Assembly (NCBI RefSeq): GCF_013315695.1
Contig: NZ_CP054353.1
Reading direction: 5' to 3' (one strand)
Length of the DNA: 64,000 nucleotides
From: Escherichia coli
GTDB lineage: Bacteria > Pseudomonadota > Gammaproteobacteria > Enterobacterales > Enterobacteriaceae
The translations under genes were made by a program, and so were the position numbers. Under the pieces are notes generated by a model that made no database searches, was not told the DNA's origin, and saw only the letters and a program-made list of their open reading frames with translations. Positions 31,383-41,221 of the stretch are shown here, in pieces; positions within the stretch are counted from its first letter, which is position 1; every line of letters begins with the position of its first letter.

Positions 31383-31997
31383 TTATCTGTTTGAGCCTAA
31401 AGGGATCTCAGGGTCTGGCTCATGAGTAATTCTGTTTCGTAAATCTCTGCGAATAATTTCAATGGACCAGAACCAGACTAAATGTCCAAAAATTTCAGAA
31501 ACATTCTCATACCACGGGAGATCAAACAGAGGTGGCGTCAGTCCCATGAGAGGGAATGAAATCATATGAACAAAAAGTTGGGCTAAAGCACCTGCCAGTA
31601 AGCCCTGCCAGAGTTTAATTTTTGGAAATACTTCAGCGACCACACAATAACCGACAGCAAACACTATCGAAAAGATAATGTGCGTAACACCAACCCAGTT
31701 AAAGACATGCCCGGCAAAGGTATAAACAGCCGCATTGGGATCTGTCAGCCCCAGCCAGTCTCGAAGAAAAATATACGGAGGATTGAGAAAATTACGGGAG
31801 CAATCAATTTGCCCAGCAGCCCTGATTAATGATTCCGGACCACACGCTGCATTAAACATATCCACCGGGCTACGTGGCGGCAATGGAACTTCAGCCCCCC
31901 ACTTCACAAATGCGGAAACAACGCCAGCAATCAGCCCAATGAATGCAGCAAGACCATAACGTCTGCGGTTCGGTGGAGTTTGTTCAAATATATTCAT
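31383..31997 (-). CDS. yagU: Inner membrane protein YagU (DUF1440)
   Basis: 204 aa starting [34 protein letters not shown]. Confidence 0.93.
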
Positions 31998-32385
31998 ATT
32001 TACCCTGTTTGTTTAATTATGTTGTACACCTCTTCAGGAGTATTCATAAAACAAGGCAAATGTAAAGAACTGTATTGTTTTGTATAACCACATGGTTACC
32101 TAATCGCCAATTAATATAAGCTCCATTATTTCTCCATATTTTTATGTTAGAAGTGACAAGGAGAAATGTAATGTTTCTCTCAGAGAATATAAATCATTCC
32201 TTTTGCACACCTTAATGGTGGGCTTTTTTATGCAAAACCTGAACGTCCTGTGGTATTACTCTGGCATAATGATTTTCGCGATTAACCAACAACCAGACCA
32301 GCAAAGACGCCACCACAAGCACAGCAACATCCATCAGGCTTGCCACACCCCATATGTGCGGCTCAAAGCCGCCATGGCATATTAA

Positions 32386-32583
32386 TCCGCTTGCCATTTT
32401 CGAACAGCTGATTGGTTTAGTCCGGTGTTTCCCTGCTTGCACTTAAAAATGAGCGGATGGGAAACTCTCGAAATGGTTCGTCGATATGCTCACCTTTCAG
32501 TCAGGCATTTCACCGCGCACGCGAGCAAAATCAAAGGCACAAGAGGAGAACGTAGTTTACTTAAATGTGAGATAACTTATTGA
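32386..32583 (+). pseudogene. 3' fragment of a lambdoid/P22-type tyrosine integrase
   Basis: It reads ...CHFRTADWF...MSGWETLEMVRRYAHLSVRHFTAHASKI, carrying the HxxR and catalytic Tyr box. The frame is closed by a stop at 32383..32385. The fragment ends 7 nt before the att repeat, which is the attL-int geometry of a lambdoid prophage when viewed in the ancestral orientation. Confidence 0.55.
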
Positions 32584-32589
32584 TTTAAA

Positions 32590-32608
32590 TGGTGCCGATA
32601 AGAGGAGT
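32590..32608 (-). other. thrW 3'-end repeat (att copy), inverted in the present arrangement
   Basis: tggtgccgataagaggagt is the reverse complement of actcctCttatcggcacca. This matches thrW 8841..8859 at 18 of 19 positions. Confidence 0.75.
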
Positions 32609-32751
32609 AAAACACTCGATTAATCTCGTGTTAATGCCATCACCTACGACCATTACTAATTGATTGAATCTTATAGAAAAAATTATCATTTTCTATGCGT
32701 TACAATCAATTTTCACATTACAAACGCTCCGACACTTTAGCCGGGGAGTTT

Positions 32752-34029
32752 ATGAGATACAAGCCCAATCAATACATAATCTGTGATTCTTACGGTAACT
32801 ACTATTTGAGGATCACGTTGCCTGTGTATATGCAGCCCTTTTTTGAAGGAAAAAGGACGTTTGTCAGAAGTCTGCACACAAGTAGTCTTCGTGTTGCACG
32901 TAGAAAGCGTGATCAGATTGCAGATGAATACCATTGTCTACGGGAGAGTGTCGCCCCTGTAAACAGCACAATAGAGAACACGCTGGAACTGTTACGCAGT
33001 AAGGCTAAATACGCCAAAACAGCTACCAGAATGCAAGATACAGCGTCTTCGTGTCCGTCATTGCTTAAAATTCTTGAAATCTACCTGACAATTAACAGCA
33101 CGAAGAAGAAGCCAGCCACTTTAGCTAAGGCAAGAAAAGCGGTAGAGATGTTTCTCTCCTACCGTAAAAAGCCTGATATTGCATTGCAAGATGTAAGCCG
33201 CACCACTGTTACAGGCTGGATAGAACACATGCAAAAAACCCTTTCACAACAATCAATTGCAAATTATATCAGCCCAATGGCCCAGCTATGGGAGTTAGCT
33301 TCATCACGTTACCACGATGCGCCAGAAAGGGCGCTCTCCCCCTGGCGAGGGCATAGGCTTGATGTGGCACAAAGTAGAGAGAGCTACGAGGCATTTTCTA
33401 ACAAAGAGCTATTGCAGGTGTTGCAAGTATTTTCCGGTGATTCAGCAGAAAACAAAGAAATGATGGCTTTGTGTCTTATCGGTGCTTATACAGGTATGCG
33501 GATCAATGAGATAGCAAGTCTCACAATAGACGATGTGAAAGAGATCGAAGGTGTGCTGTGTTTTGAAATCACACAGGGAAAAACGAAAGCTGCGGCACGT
33601 CTTGTGCCTGTGCATAGCCTTATCACTCCGTTGGTGTTGTCGCTGCGTGAAAAGCCTCATAATGGCTTTTTGTTCTATCACGCCAGCATTACAGAGCGTG
33701 CTGATGGTAAACGTTCCACGTGGCACACGCAGAGATTTACAAGAGCTAAACGAAAGGCTTTAGGGGAAAAGGGAACAGAAAGGAAGGTGTTTCATTCTCT
33801 GAGACACGGAGTAGCACAGCTTCTTGATCGAAATCAAATTCCAGAAGACAGGATCGCCCTTCTCCTGGGCCATACACGCGGCAATACAGAGACATTCCGC
33901 ACATATAGCAAGAATGCAGCTTCTCCAGTAGAGCTTAAAAACTATATTGAGCTTCTACGCTACCCTGAAATAGAGAAAGGCTTATCAATCAATAAAAAAT
34001 CAAATTTAATGCGCAAAACAACGCCATAG
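32752..34029 (+). CDS. Tyrosine recombinase/integrase
   Basis: ORF track 32695..34029. I prefer ATG 32752 (MRYKPNQYIICDSYGNYYLRITLP), which follows the SD ggggag. The C-terminus has HSLRHG...LLGH...Y motifs. Confidence 0.85.
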   Translation: MRYKPNQYIICDSYGNYYLRITLPVYMQPFFEGKRTFVRSLHTSSLRVARRKRDQIADEYHCLRESVAPVNSTIENTLELLRSKAKYAKTATRMQDTASSCPSLLKILEIYLTINSTKKKPATLAKARKAVEMFLSYRKKPDIALQDVSRTTVTGWIEHMQKTLSQQSIANYISPMAQLWELASSRYHDAPERALSPWRGHRLDVAQSRESYEAFSNKELLQVLQVFSGDSAENKEMMALCLIGAYTGMRINEIASLTIDDVKEIEGVLCFEITQGKTKAAARLVPVHSLITPLVLSLREKPHNGFLFYHASITERADGKRSTWHTQRFTRAKRKALGEKGTERKVFHSLRHGVAQLLDRNQIPEDRIALLLGHTRGNTETFRTYSKNAASPVELKNYIELLRYPEIEKGLSINKKSNLMRKTTP

Positions 34030-34110
34030 ACGCAATAAAGAGGCTTCAACATAGATTGGTAGCCTCTTTTATAATTACATCGTTACAGAGCGTTTTAGAG
34101 GCATTTACGG

Positions 34111-34824
34111 CTATTCCTGTTTAAAGGCAGGAGTAATAGTGTCTTCACCTTCACTACTTGATTTTTCAGTGTTAACACGTTTTTTCATATTCGCCCCGAT
34201 GTTCTTAGATGGCTGTGTTTTGATAGCTACAGTGTTTACAGTACCATAAGAAACTAATCTTATTTGTTCAAAGCTAAGATCAAATACCAGGGATTCGCTT
34301 GCCTCTTCTGTGTATTCGATGCCTGTTAAAACAACGTTCTCAAAAGTTTTATTTTCTGTAACAAGAAGAAAAGGCTGTCTACTGTCCATAATCTGATTCA
34401 AGTAGTCTATAGCTAATGATCTTCTGTTCCCGTTCACCCCTGCACTCTTTAACAAGCCAGGATCGCTTTTAATCGGTGTTTCAGTGATACGCCCTTTAAG
34501 AGAGAACTTATTGTTTTTAATTTGAACGTGATCAGACACAGTAGCACCATTTTCTACGGGGTAGCTTGTGACATCTGCCGAACGTCTCACGTTCACATCG
34601 TCAACACTATCAAAGGCCAGTGCCATATAATTTTCATAAACGTCATTACCAGAAGATGCCAAGCCACTGGTAACAATAGCAAATCCGTTCTCTCCTTTTG
34701 TTTTATTAGCTTTGCTATTTTCGTTTTTTGTAGAATTTATATCTTGTTCTGCTTTGTAAACAGCCTGAACGTGTTGTTCTGGAGTATTTGCTGCACGTAT
34801 GGTTAAAATCCCGGCGGTCGCCAT
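34111..34824 (-). CDS. Phage tail protein, Dit-like (distal tail / baseplate N-terminal domain)
   Basis: 237 aa. ...RSADVTSYPVENGATVSDHVQIKNNKFSLKGRITETP...FLLVTENKTFENVVLTGIEYTE...LVFDLSFEQIR resembles Dit-like tail proteins. It follows a tape-measure-like ORF. Confidence 0.45.
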   Translation of the reverse strand: MATAGILTIRAANTPEQHVQAVYKAEQDINSTKNENSKANKTKGENGFAIVTSGLASSGNDVYENYMALAFDSVDDVNVRRSADVTSYPVENGATVSDHVQIKNNKFSLKGRITETPIKSDPGLLKSAGVNGNRRSLAIDYLNQIMDSRQPFLLVTENKTFENVVLTGIEYTEEASESLVFDLSFEQIRLVSYGTVNTVAIKTQPSKNIGANMKKRVNTEKSSSEGEDTITPAFKQE

Positions 34825-34846
34825 AATAATAATTTTCCTTGTAATG

Positions 34847-35799
34847 TTATGGCGGGAATTCCCCGCCGTTGGATTGTCCTGATAAGCTGGTTAATGTTAA
34901 TGATTTCAAGAAGCTATCCCGACTTGCTCTCGCTGTAAAATCCACATAATCGCTCAATCGTCCGGTGTCTGATTCGATAGTTAGCGGCACTTCTGTTACC
35001 ACTTCAAATGTAGGATTCAGATTAAACACAGGAGATAAATTATAAGCTGGAGTTGTCATTGCAAGATTATTTAAAGCACCCTGTTTGAGATTGGTTATCG
35101 GTGCTTCATTGACTGACATTTTTACATCTGACACAGAAGAATTATCATCGAAAAGCAATCCCTTAATTGTGTTAAAGAGAGAATGACTATTATCAGGTGT
35201 AGTTGTTGCAGTGCCAGCGCCTTTATATTGATTAGGAACGAGATTAGAAAGATTCTGTTTCATCCCTTCATTGCTTAATGGCGGTGCATCACCCATATTT
35301 TTCTGAATAGCATCTGTCTTATCATCATTACGATTAAACCAGTTTACAATCTTCATAATAGCTTCAAAGAGACTTCCTGTAGCTTCTCCCAGCTTCGTAA
35401 AATACGGAGTGAGATTAGAAAGGTTTTTCATAAACTCTTCCGTTACTTTTGGATCGAGAGATTTCATAAAGCCGTCTACGAATGCTACTTGTCTTGCATC
35501 AGAAAGCTGTGAAAGCTGTCTGTTTAGTTCTCTGAATTTAACAATAGAGTCTTGCTGTGTTTCTGTTAGCCATTTTCCAGAGGCTTTTTGCTGATTAATA
35601 CTTTCTTGTACATCTTTAACGGAACGTTGCCAATATTTTGACGTAAGCATCAAATCATCGCCCAGGTCTTCTAAACGTTGTCCAATTTGGGAGTCTGAAA
35701 ACCCTTTTTTCATCATTCCATTAACAGCCTTAGAAATTAATCCAGCCGGATTATCAGCAAATTTTTTAAGGTCGCTTTTGTTAATAACACCGATGTTTA
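34847..35799 (-). pseudogene. C-terminal part of a tape-measure-like tail protein, cut by IS2
   Basis: The first residues (MSGDSGGQS) of ORF 34847..35827 are encoded by the IS2 end. The rest is Gln/Asn/Ser-rich and helical. No upstream half is found beyond IS2. Confidence 0.4.
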
Positions 35800-35890
35800 T
35801 AGACTGGCCCCCTGAATCTCCAGACAACCAGTATCACTTATTTAAGTGATAGTCTTAATACTAGTTTTTAGACTAGTCATTGGAGAGCAG

Positions 35891-36256
35891 ATGATTGATG
35901 TCTTAGGACCGGAGAAACGCAGACGGCGTACCACACAGGAAAAGATCGCAATTGTTCAGCAGAGCTTTGAACCGGGGATGACGGTCTCCCTCGTTGCCCG
36001 GCAACATGGTGTAGCAGCCAGCCAGTTATTTCTCTGGCGTAAGCAATACCAGGAAGGAAGTCTTACTGCTGTCGCCGCCGGAGAACAGGTTGTTCCTGCC
36101 TCTGAACTTGCTGCCGCCATGAAGCAGATTAAAGAACTCCAGCGCCTGCTCGGCAAGAAAACGATGGAAAATGAACTCCTCAAAGAAGCCGTTGAATATG
36201 GACGGGCAAAAAAGTGGATAGCGCACGCGCCCTTATTGCCCGGGGATGGGGAGTAA
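35891..36256 (+). CDS. insC: IS2 OrfA (InsC)
   Basis: Starts [33 protein letters not shown] at ATG 35891. The ORF track begins upstream at 35846. Confidence 0.92.
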
Positions 36257-37119
36257 GCTTAGTCAGCCGTTGTCTCCGGGTGTCGCGTGCGCAGTTGCAC
36301 GTCATTCTCAGACGAACCGATGACTGGATGGATGGCCGCCGCAGTCGTCACACTGATGATACGGATGTGCTTCTCCGTATACACCATGTTATCGGAGAGC
36401 TGCCCACGTATGGTTATCGTCGGGTATGGGCGCTGCTTCGCAGACAGGCAGAACTTGATGGTATGCCTGCGATCAATGCCAAACGTGTTTACCGGATCAT
36501 GCGCCAGAATGCGCTGTTGCTTGAGCGAAAACCTGCTGTACCGCCATCGAAACGGGCACATACAGGCAGAGTGGCCGTGAAAGAAAGCAATCAGCGATGG
36601 TGCTCTGACGGGTTCGAGTTCTGCTGTGATAACGGAGAGAGACTGCGTGTCACGTTCGCGCTGGACTGCAGTGATCGTGAGGCACTGCACTGGGCGGTCA
36701 CTACCGGCGGCTTCAACAGTGAAACAGTACAGGACGTCATGCTGGGAGCGGTGGAACGCCGCTTCGGCAACGATCTTCCGTCGTCTCCAGTGGAGTGGCT
36801 GACGGATAATGGTTCATGCTACCGGGCTAATGAAACACGCCAGTTCGCCCGGATGTTGGGACTTGAACCGAAGAACACGGCGGTGCGGAGTCCGGAGAGT
36901 AACGGAATAGCAGAGAGCTTCGTGAAAACGATAAAGCGTGACTACATCAGTATCATGCCCAAACCAGACGGGTTAACGGCAGCAAAGAACCTTGCAGAGG
37001 CGTTCGAGCATTATAACGAATGGCATCCGCATAGTGCGCTGGGTTATCGCTCGCCACGGGAATATCTGCGGCAGCGGGCTTGTAATGGGTTAAGTGATAA
37101 CAGATGTCTGGAAATATAG
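36214..37119 (+). CDS. insD: IS2 OrfB transposase (InsD)
   Basis: 301 aa starting [30 protein letters not shown], with a DDE integrase core. Confidence 0.92.
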
Positions 37120-37432
37120 GGGCAAATCCATTAACACATAAGCAATCAGTATGATTGGTTAGGTGATTACTCTTACTGCGCACAGCGCAATAGATTTCTT
37201 CGTGGGCGTTACCGCCAACGAAGTTACACGAAGAAAGTAACGCTTTGCTTTCGGTGTGAGCGGAACGGGCCAGCCACGAAGCCCGAAAGGTAGCGGAGTA
37301 AGGCTGCTTGCCAGAGAGTGAAGCTAACGCCGGAAGGCAAAAGATCATATATATAGATATAAAGAATATTATTATTATGATCTAATTAATAATCTAATAT
37401 AGTTTTATTAATAGTCTTATTGTAGTTCACAG

Positions 37433-38274
37433 TGACCTACCCCCTAGCTCACTATGACCTACCGTTACTACCAATCATCACATAGCACTCACTCTGTGTA
37501 ATGCCTTTCTATGTGTGTGCCATAATCCCCTATATTCCCTGTGTAAATCATAGAATATCCCTAACTTATTCCTGTGTAATTCCATACTAAAAATTCAATG
37601 AAAAGTAGCTTAAAAGTGCAATTCTTACTTTCTTCACTTTTACATCACTTTCGCAAATCCTTGTGTAGTGCGGCCTACAGAGCACCATCAGAAATTGTTG
37701 GCTAAAAATTGTTCTGCTTGTTTCTTAACGAGTTTTCTCGTTTGTGCAAATTTTAAAATTTATTTTGTTTTTACAGCCTTATTTCGTGTAATGCGTGGCA
37801 TAGCAAGCCCTTTTCTTGTGTTGTCAAGACATTTGGCAACGTTCAAACATCTGTTTAGAAATGCCAAATTGTTGATCTAACAAATAAACCTGTATAAACA
37901 GAACACCATTTAATCTATTCCCCTGTGTAATCCACTACATCACACAATAAAAACAAAAAAACCTTTAATTATGTTTCATAGCATACAAAAGTCAACAGAA
38001 GCCCTCTCGTGCTCCTACGTAAAAAATCCATCACTTTTCCCCTGATACATCAACTCAAGGCGTTCTATGTGTTCCTTAGTGCATATTACGTTTATTATGT
38101 TAAATTGATTTTGGCCTATATTTTGACCTGCACCCGCATAAACACTGGTTTCATCGCTTACACTCCTTGTGAGACGTGGTGCTGTTTCTAGCATCTGATC
38201 CGACATAAAACCGATCATTCTCGTGTTTAGTGAAAGTTTAGTGAGAGACATTACAGAAAGGCTTTCTGTGTAAT
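37433..38274 (+). repeat. Field of dispersed short direct repeats (consensus YCCTGTGTAAT, plus TGACCTACC x2)
   Basis: ctgtgtaat-type copies occur at 37494, 37539, 37572, 37923 and 38266. Degenerate copies are at 37661 and 37784, and one inverted copy at 38944..38952. tgacctacc occurs at 37433 and 37455. The DNA is AT-rich with no credible ORF across 37350..38014. Confidence 0.6.
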
Positions 38275-38398
38275 GATTTAATAGGTAAAAACGATGTTGA
38301 TTACGCAAGAAAATTCCTTGCTGATATTTGGGGATTCTGGATTTTCCAGATCGGGGGGCGCTGAAAATCGCGTTAAGCACCTCTCGCAATCTAGCCAT
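38015..38398 (-). CDS. Hypothetical protein (127 aa)
   Basis: This is the only sizeable ORF in the AT-rich field. No family was recognised, and it contains one ctgtgtaat copy. Confidence 0.3.
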   Translation of the reverse strand: MARLREVLNAIFSAPRSGKSRIPKYQQGIFLRNQHRFYLLNHYTESLSVMSLTKLSLNTRMIGFMSDQMLETAPRLTRSVSDETSVYAGAGQNIGQNQFNIINVICTKEHIERLELMYQGKSDGFFT

Positions 38399-38414
38399 AA
38401 GGGAAGGGATATAG

Positions 38415-38580
38415 GTATTTAGATGTATTTATAGCTATTTATGGCTATTTATTTTTTATTTGCCTTTATTTAAAAATAACCTTATAAATCAATAAGATAC
38501 ACAACTATCTGTTTATATTTTAATCAATTAAATCAAGTTTAATACCCTTAAATCACCTGAAAATACCCTTAAATACCCCA
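38415..38580 (+). repeat. AT-rich tract with tatttat/gctatttat units and aatacccttaaat x2
   Basis: gtatttatagctatttatggctatttatttttt lies at 38425..38457. aatacccttaaat occurs at 38541..38553 and 38562..38574. The layout resembles a DNA-unwinding element next to iterons. Confidence 0.45.
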
Positions 38581-38742
38581 ATAATTAATTTTAAGGTTTT
38601 CCGTGTTCTCTTCTGCATTATGAAAATGCAAAATAAGGCACAAAACAAGCGCACAGACGCATTAAACACACATCACCTATACATCCCTATACCAAGCAAT
38701 GAAAATAGCGTTAGAATGCGTCCTGTTGCGTTCTGGAGATTT

Positions 38743-38901
38743 TCAGAAATCCTCTCTAAGCCATTTCAACTCATTAAGGAGTTTTCTTTCTTCGTTCTCT
38801 CTCTGTTTACGCTCTAGCCAGGCTTTTCCTTCTGGCGTAGACAGGAACTTACGAGCGTGAATCTTGCGGTTATTACGTTTGATAGCTGCAATGTTTTTCA
38901 T
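38743..38901 (-). CDS. Possible small basic protein (52 aa)
   Basis: MKNIAAIKRNNRKIHARKFLSTPEGKAWLERKQRENEERKLLNELKWLREDF. It is below the ORF-track cut-off and no homology was recognised. Confidence 0.25.
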   Translation of the reverse strand: MKNIAAIKRNNRKIHARKFLSTPEGKAWLERKQRENEERKLLNELKWLREDF

Positions 38902-39505
38902 CGTGTGCCTCTGTATTCATATGAAAATTAACAAGTTACATACTACACAGGGAGACTACGCATAAAACACAATACAAGTAAAGATACATTTTCAAGACAA
39001 TAGGAGCCATAAAGCGCCTTTGATGGGCTACCCCAAAAAATAAGCGCCGTAGGCGTATCCACTAAAAGGGCTTTTTCACAAAAGCTATGAAGTCTTAGCA
39101 GTTCTTCTCTTATCAGGCACCCGTTGTACTCCGGTGGACGAAACCGTGCTAGAGCTTGATTCTTTCCCGATCAAGTTAGGTTTTGAAGAGGTGGGCTTTG
39201 ATCCACTATTGCACTTAAAACTCTTCCCATCATTTAGCCTGTTTATCCTCTGCAACGTCTCACGACGTGTAGCATCATTGGACACCGCGCCAGGTGTGGA
39301 ACATCTTGCTAAGAGTTTTGGTAGAAGGTTTAGAGACGGTGGCACGTCTTCCAGCTTCAAAGGAACTTGTTACGAGGTTGAGCCTGGGAACTACTCGCCC
39401 ATACGTGTTACACTACCAAAGCCCATAACAACGTATAGGCGTTTGTAAGTGATAACAGAAGATACAATTTCTTAGAGAAGTTAAGCTAAGTTATTGATTT
39501 TCTTG

Positions 39506-39523
39506 ATTGTGCGATAATAGGAA
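39506..39523 (-). other. Degenerate thrW 3'-end repeat (att copy between E1 and E2)
   Basis: ttgtgcgataataggaac compared with tggtgccgataataggagt, the reverse complement of the thrW end. The 11-nt core cgataatagga matches exactly. An arm-type repeat lies 60 nt away. Confidence 0.5.
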
Positions 39524-39582
39524 CAATACACATAGGCGATAAGCTTTGTTTTTGTTGCCTTTTTTATTGTTCATTTTTTATA

Positions 39583-39604
39583 GATACCCCCAAAAGTACC
39601 CCCA
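39583..39604 (-). repeat. Putative integrase arm-type site, second copy
   Basis: atacccccaaaagtacccccat is the reverse complement of atgggggtacttttgggggtat. It matches 8972..8993 at 21 of 22 positions. Confidence 0.55.
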
Positions 39605-39723
39605 TATCTTTTTCCGCCCCTGAAATTTGGTTGTTATTCATACAGCATATCAGGCGGTAACGCTCTCCCTTTAACCCACTTATTGTATGATAGTGCTATC
39701 CCACAATAAGGAATCAGCCAGCC

Positions 39724-40083
39724 ATGAGAATGACCAGCCGCAAAAAAGAGATACTTAGCTACTTTGAACCGGATAACCTCGAATGGGTGACTGGTGAGAT
39801 TGGTGCGCCGCCGTTCGATGTGTCGGGTGTGGCCTACCTGCTTCATGGCATGGTGTCGTTCGATAAGCGTCACCAGCTCGAATCAACCCGGCGCACACTG
39901 GAAAGCATGGTTGCTGGTGGACTGCTTGAGCGGGTGACAGTGTATGAATCGCGCCAGATACGGCGCGGCGGTGATACTAACGCAACGGTCGTGCGCTACG
40001 GTTTACCCGGTCAGTGCGCTGTTATGCGCGATACTGGCGGCGCTGACAACGCAATATCAGGTGAATACATGCGGGTCAGTTAA
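39724..40083 (+). CDS. Hypothetical protein (119 aa)
   Basis: This ORF converges on the PRiA4_ORF3-like gene and overlaps it by 8 nt. No family recognised. Confidence 0.45.
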   Translation: MRMTSRKKEILSYFEPDNLEWVTGEIGAPPFDVSGVAYLLHGMVSFDKRHQLESTRRTLESMVAGGLLERVTVYESRQIRRGGDTNATVVRYGLPGQCAVMRDTGGADNAISGEYMRVS

Positions 40084-40618
40084 TAGCCTGCAATCTGTCG
40101 TTGATGCGGCTCAGGTCGTAAACCCGGCGTTCAATATCCAGCATCAGGAAATTGTGGATCTCGGCCTGCTCAGGATTATCAGACTCTCTGGCCTGTAATA
40201 GCAATTCATTGTAACCATGCAAGCCGCCTGAGTTTTCCGCCGGGGTGGTGCCTTTCCCACGCAGGCAGCTAATGGGCTGATTACTCGTATCGTGTGTTTG
40301 CTTCTCCAGCACAATGACGCAATCCCACCAGTCGCCAAAGTCATACGTGTAAACCAGCTTGTCACCCTCATTCTGGAGCGCCGCCCATAGTGGCGTGATT
40401 GCCGCGTTACCCATGCTTTCATCCTCACCCCATACGCGATACTCGCTACCTGGATCACCTTTACGCCCTTTCTCGAACATATACAGGTGTTCGTCATTCC
40501 AGCCAAAAGCTAACTGGATCACGGCATGAAGTTTACTAAAGGGGATTTGCTCTGGAACCAGCACACGCCGCCATATAGGTGGTTTGCTGTCTCGGATGGT
40601 TATCTTTAGCTGGTACAT
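40076..40618 (-). CDS. PRiA4b ORF-3-like (MM3350-like) domain protein
   Basis: 180 aa. YQLKITIRDSKPPIWRRVLVPEQIPFSKLHAVIQLAFGWNDEHLYMF...YTYDFGDWWDCVIVLEK...GGLHGYNELL is the family signature as I recall it. Confidence 0.75.
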   Translation of the reverse strand: MYQLKITIRDSKPPIWRRVLVPEQIPFSKLHAVIQLAFGWNDEHLYMFEKGRKGDPGSEYRVWGEDESMGNAAITPLWAALQNEGDKLVYTYDFGDWWDCVIVLEKQTHDTSNQPISCLRGKGTTPAENSGGLHGYNELLLQARESDNPEQAEIHNFLMLDIERRVYDLSRINDRLQAIN

Positions 40619-40738
40619 GCAAATCCTGAATAAATGCGAATCGGAAGGATAACGATACTGACGTACTCACAATTCTGTAAAGGTGAATAAAGGAAATTTG
40701 CTTAATACGCATAAGTTACATGTGGAATAATCCCATAT

Positions 40739-40924
40739 CTACCTGCGCGGCGCTGGCTTCTTCCACTGATAGGCAGGTGCTCGCATCATTTCGCGGAACC
40801 TGTCGCGCCGGGCTATATCGGCATTAACTGATCGTTCTATCTCCCGTTGATCTGCCTGTGTAAGCTGGTGGCCTCCGTGCTCAAGTTTGGCGATGGTCAA
40901 TAAGGCTATTTCGCGTGGTGTCAT
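40739..40924 (-). CDS. Hypothetical small protein (61 aa)
   Basis: ORF only. No family recognised. Confidence 0.35.
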   Translation of the reverse strand: MTPREIALLTIAKLEHGGHQLTQADQREIERSVNADIARRDRFREMMRAPAYQWKKPAPRR

Positions 40925-41150
40925 ACGTCATACCCTCTGGAAGAATGAAACACGCCCGGATTAAATTTCATTTTTCGCGGGTATAAAAAAACGATGGGGC
41001 GGGCAGTCCCGGATAGTCAGGGCTGTAGAGATTTGACTACCCCCTCCCCACTGGATTCAGGTTACTGCTATTCCGTTAAGCGCTGCTTACGGGGATAGCT
41101 GCGTTGTGATTTTGACCATTCAGGTCGCCGCTATTTCCTCACCGATTGGG

Positions 41151-41185
41151 TGCTACGCGCGCGCGTACTTGTCCCGAAATACCAG
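41151..41185 (+). repeat. (CG)n-palindrome repeat, copy A (tgctacgcgcgcgcgtacttgtcccgaaataccag)
   Basis: It contains the 14-bp palindrome tacgcgcgcgcgta. It is closely similar to 42561..42593. Confidence 0.7.
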
Positions 41186-41221
41186 AAACCGCCAGCCAGA
41201 GGATGATTTCCCTCTGGTGGT

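Larger units (their letters stand above)
35800..37130 (+). mobile_element. IS2 (1331 bp)
   Basis: The ends are tagactggccccctgaatctccagacaacc... and ...ctggaaatataggggcaaatcca. The flanks gttta and ttaac do not form the expected 5-bp duplication. Confidence 0.95.
32609..39505. mobile_element. Second integrative element E2 (integrase, tail-gene fragment, IS2, AT-rich repeat field)
   Basis: It is bounded by the two extra thrW 3'-end repeats at 32590..32608 and 39506..39523. Confidence 0.55.

Noticed and set aside
32203-32442. 60-aa plus-strand and 76-aa minus-strand ORFs next to yagU
   Set aside because: They overlap each other. The plus frame is contiguous with the integrase pseudogene frame, separated only by the stop at 32383..32385, so this is probably decayed integrase sequence and not a gene.
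36953-37348. 131-aa minus-strand ORF crossing the right end of IS2
   Set aside because: Half of it is antisense IS2 sequence. The remainder is a Cys-rich, SD-less frame over a structured GC-rich patch.
39085-39448. Mutually overlapping 91-aa (minus, TTG start) and 104-aa (plus, GTG start) ORFs
   Set aside because: Neither has an ATG, an SD or a recognisable family, and they exclude each other. They may be remnants of a decayed gene.
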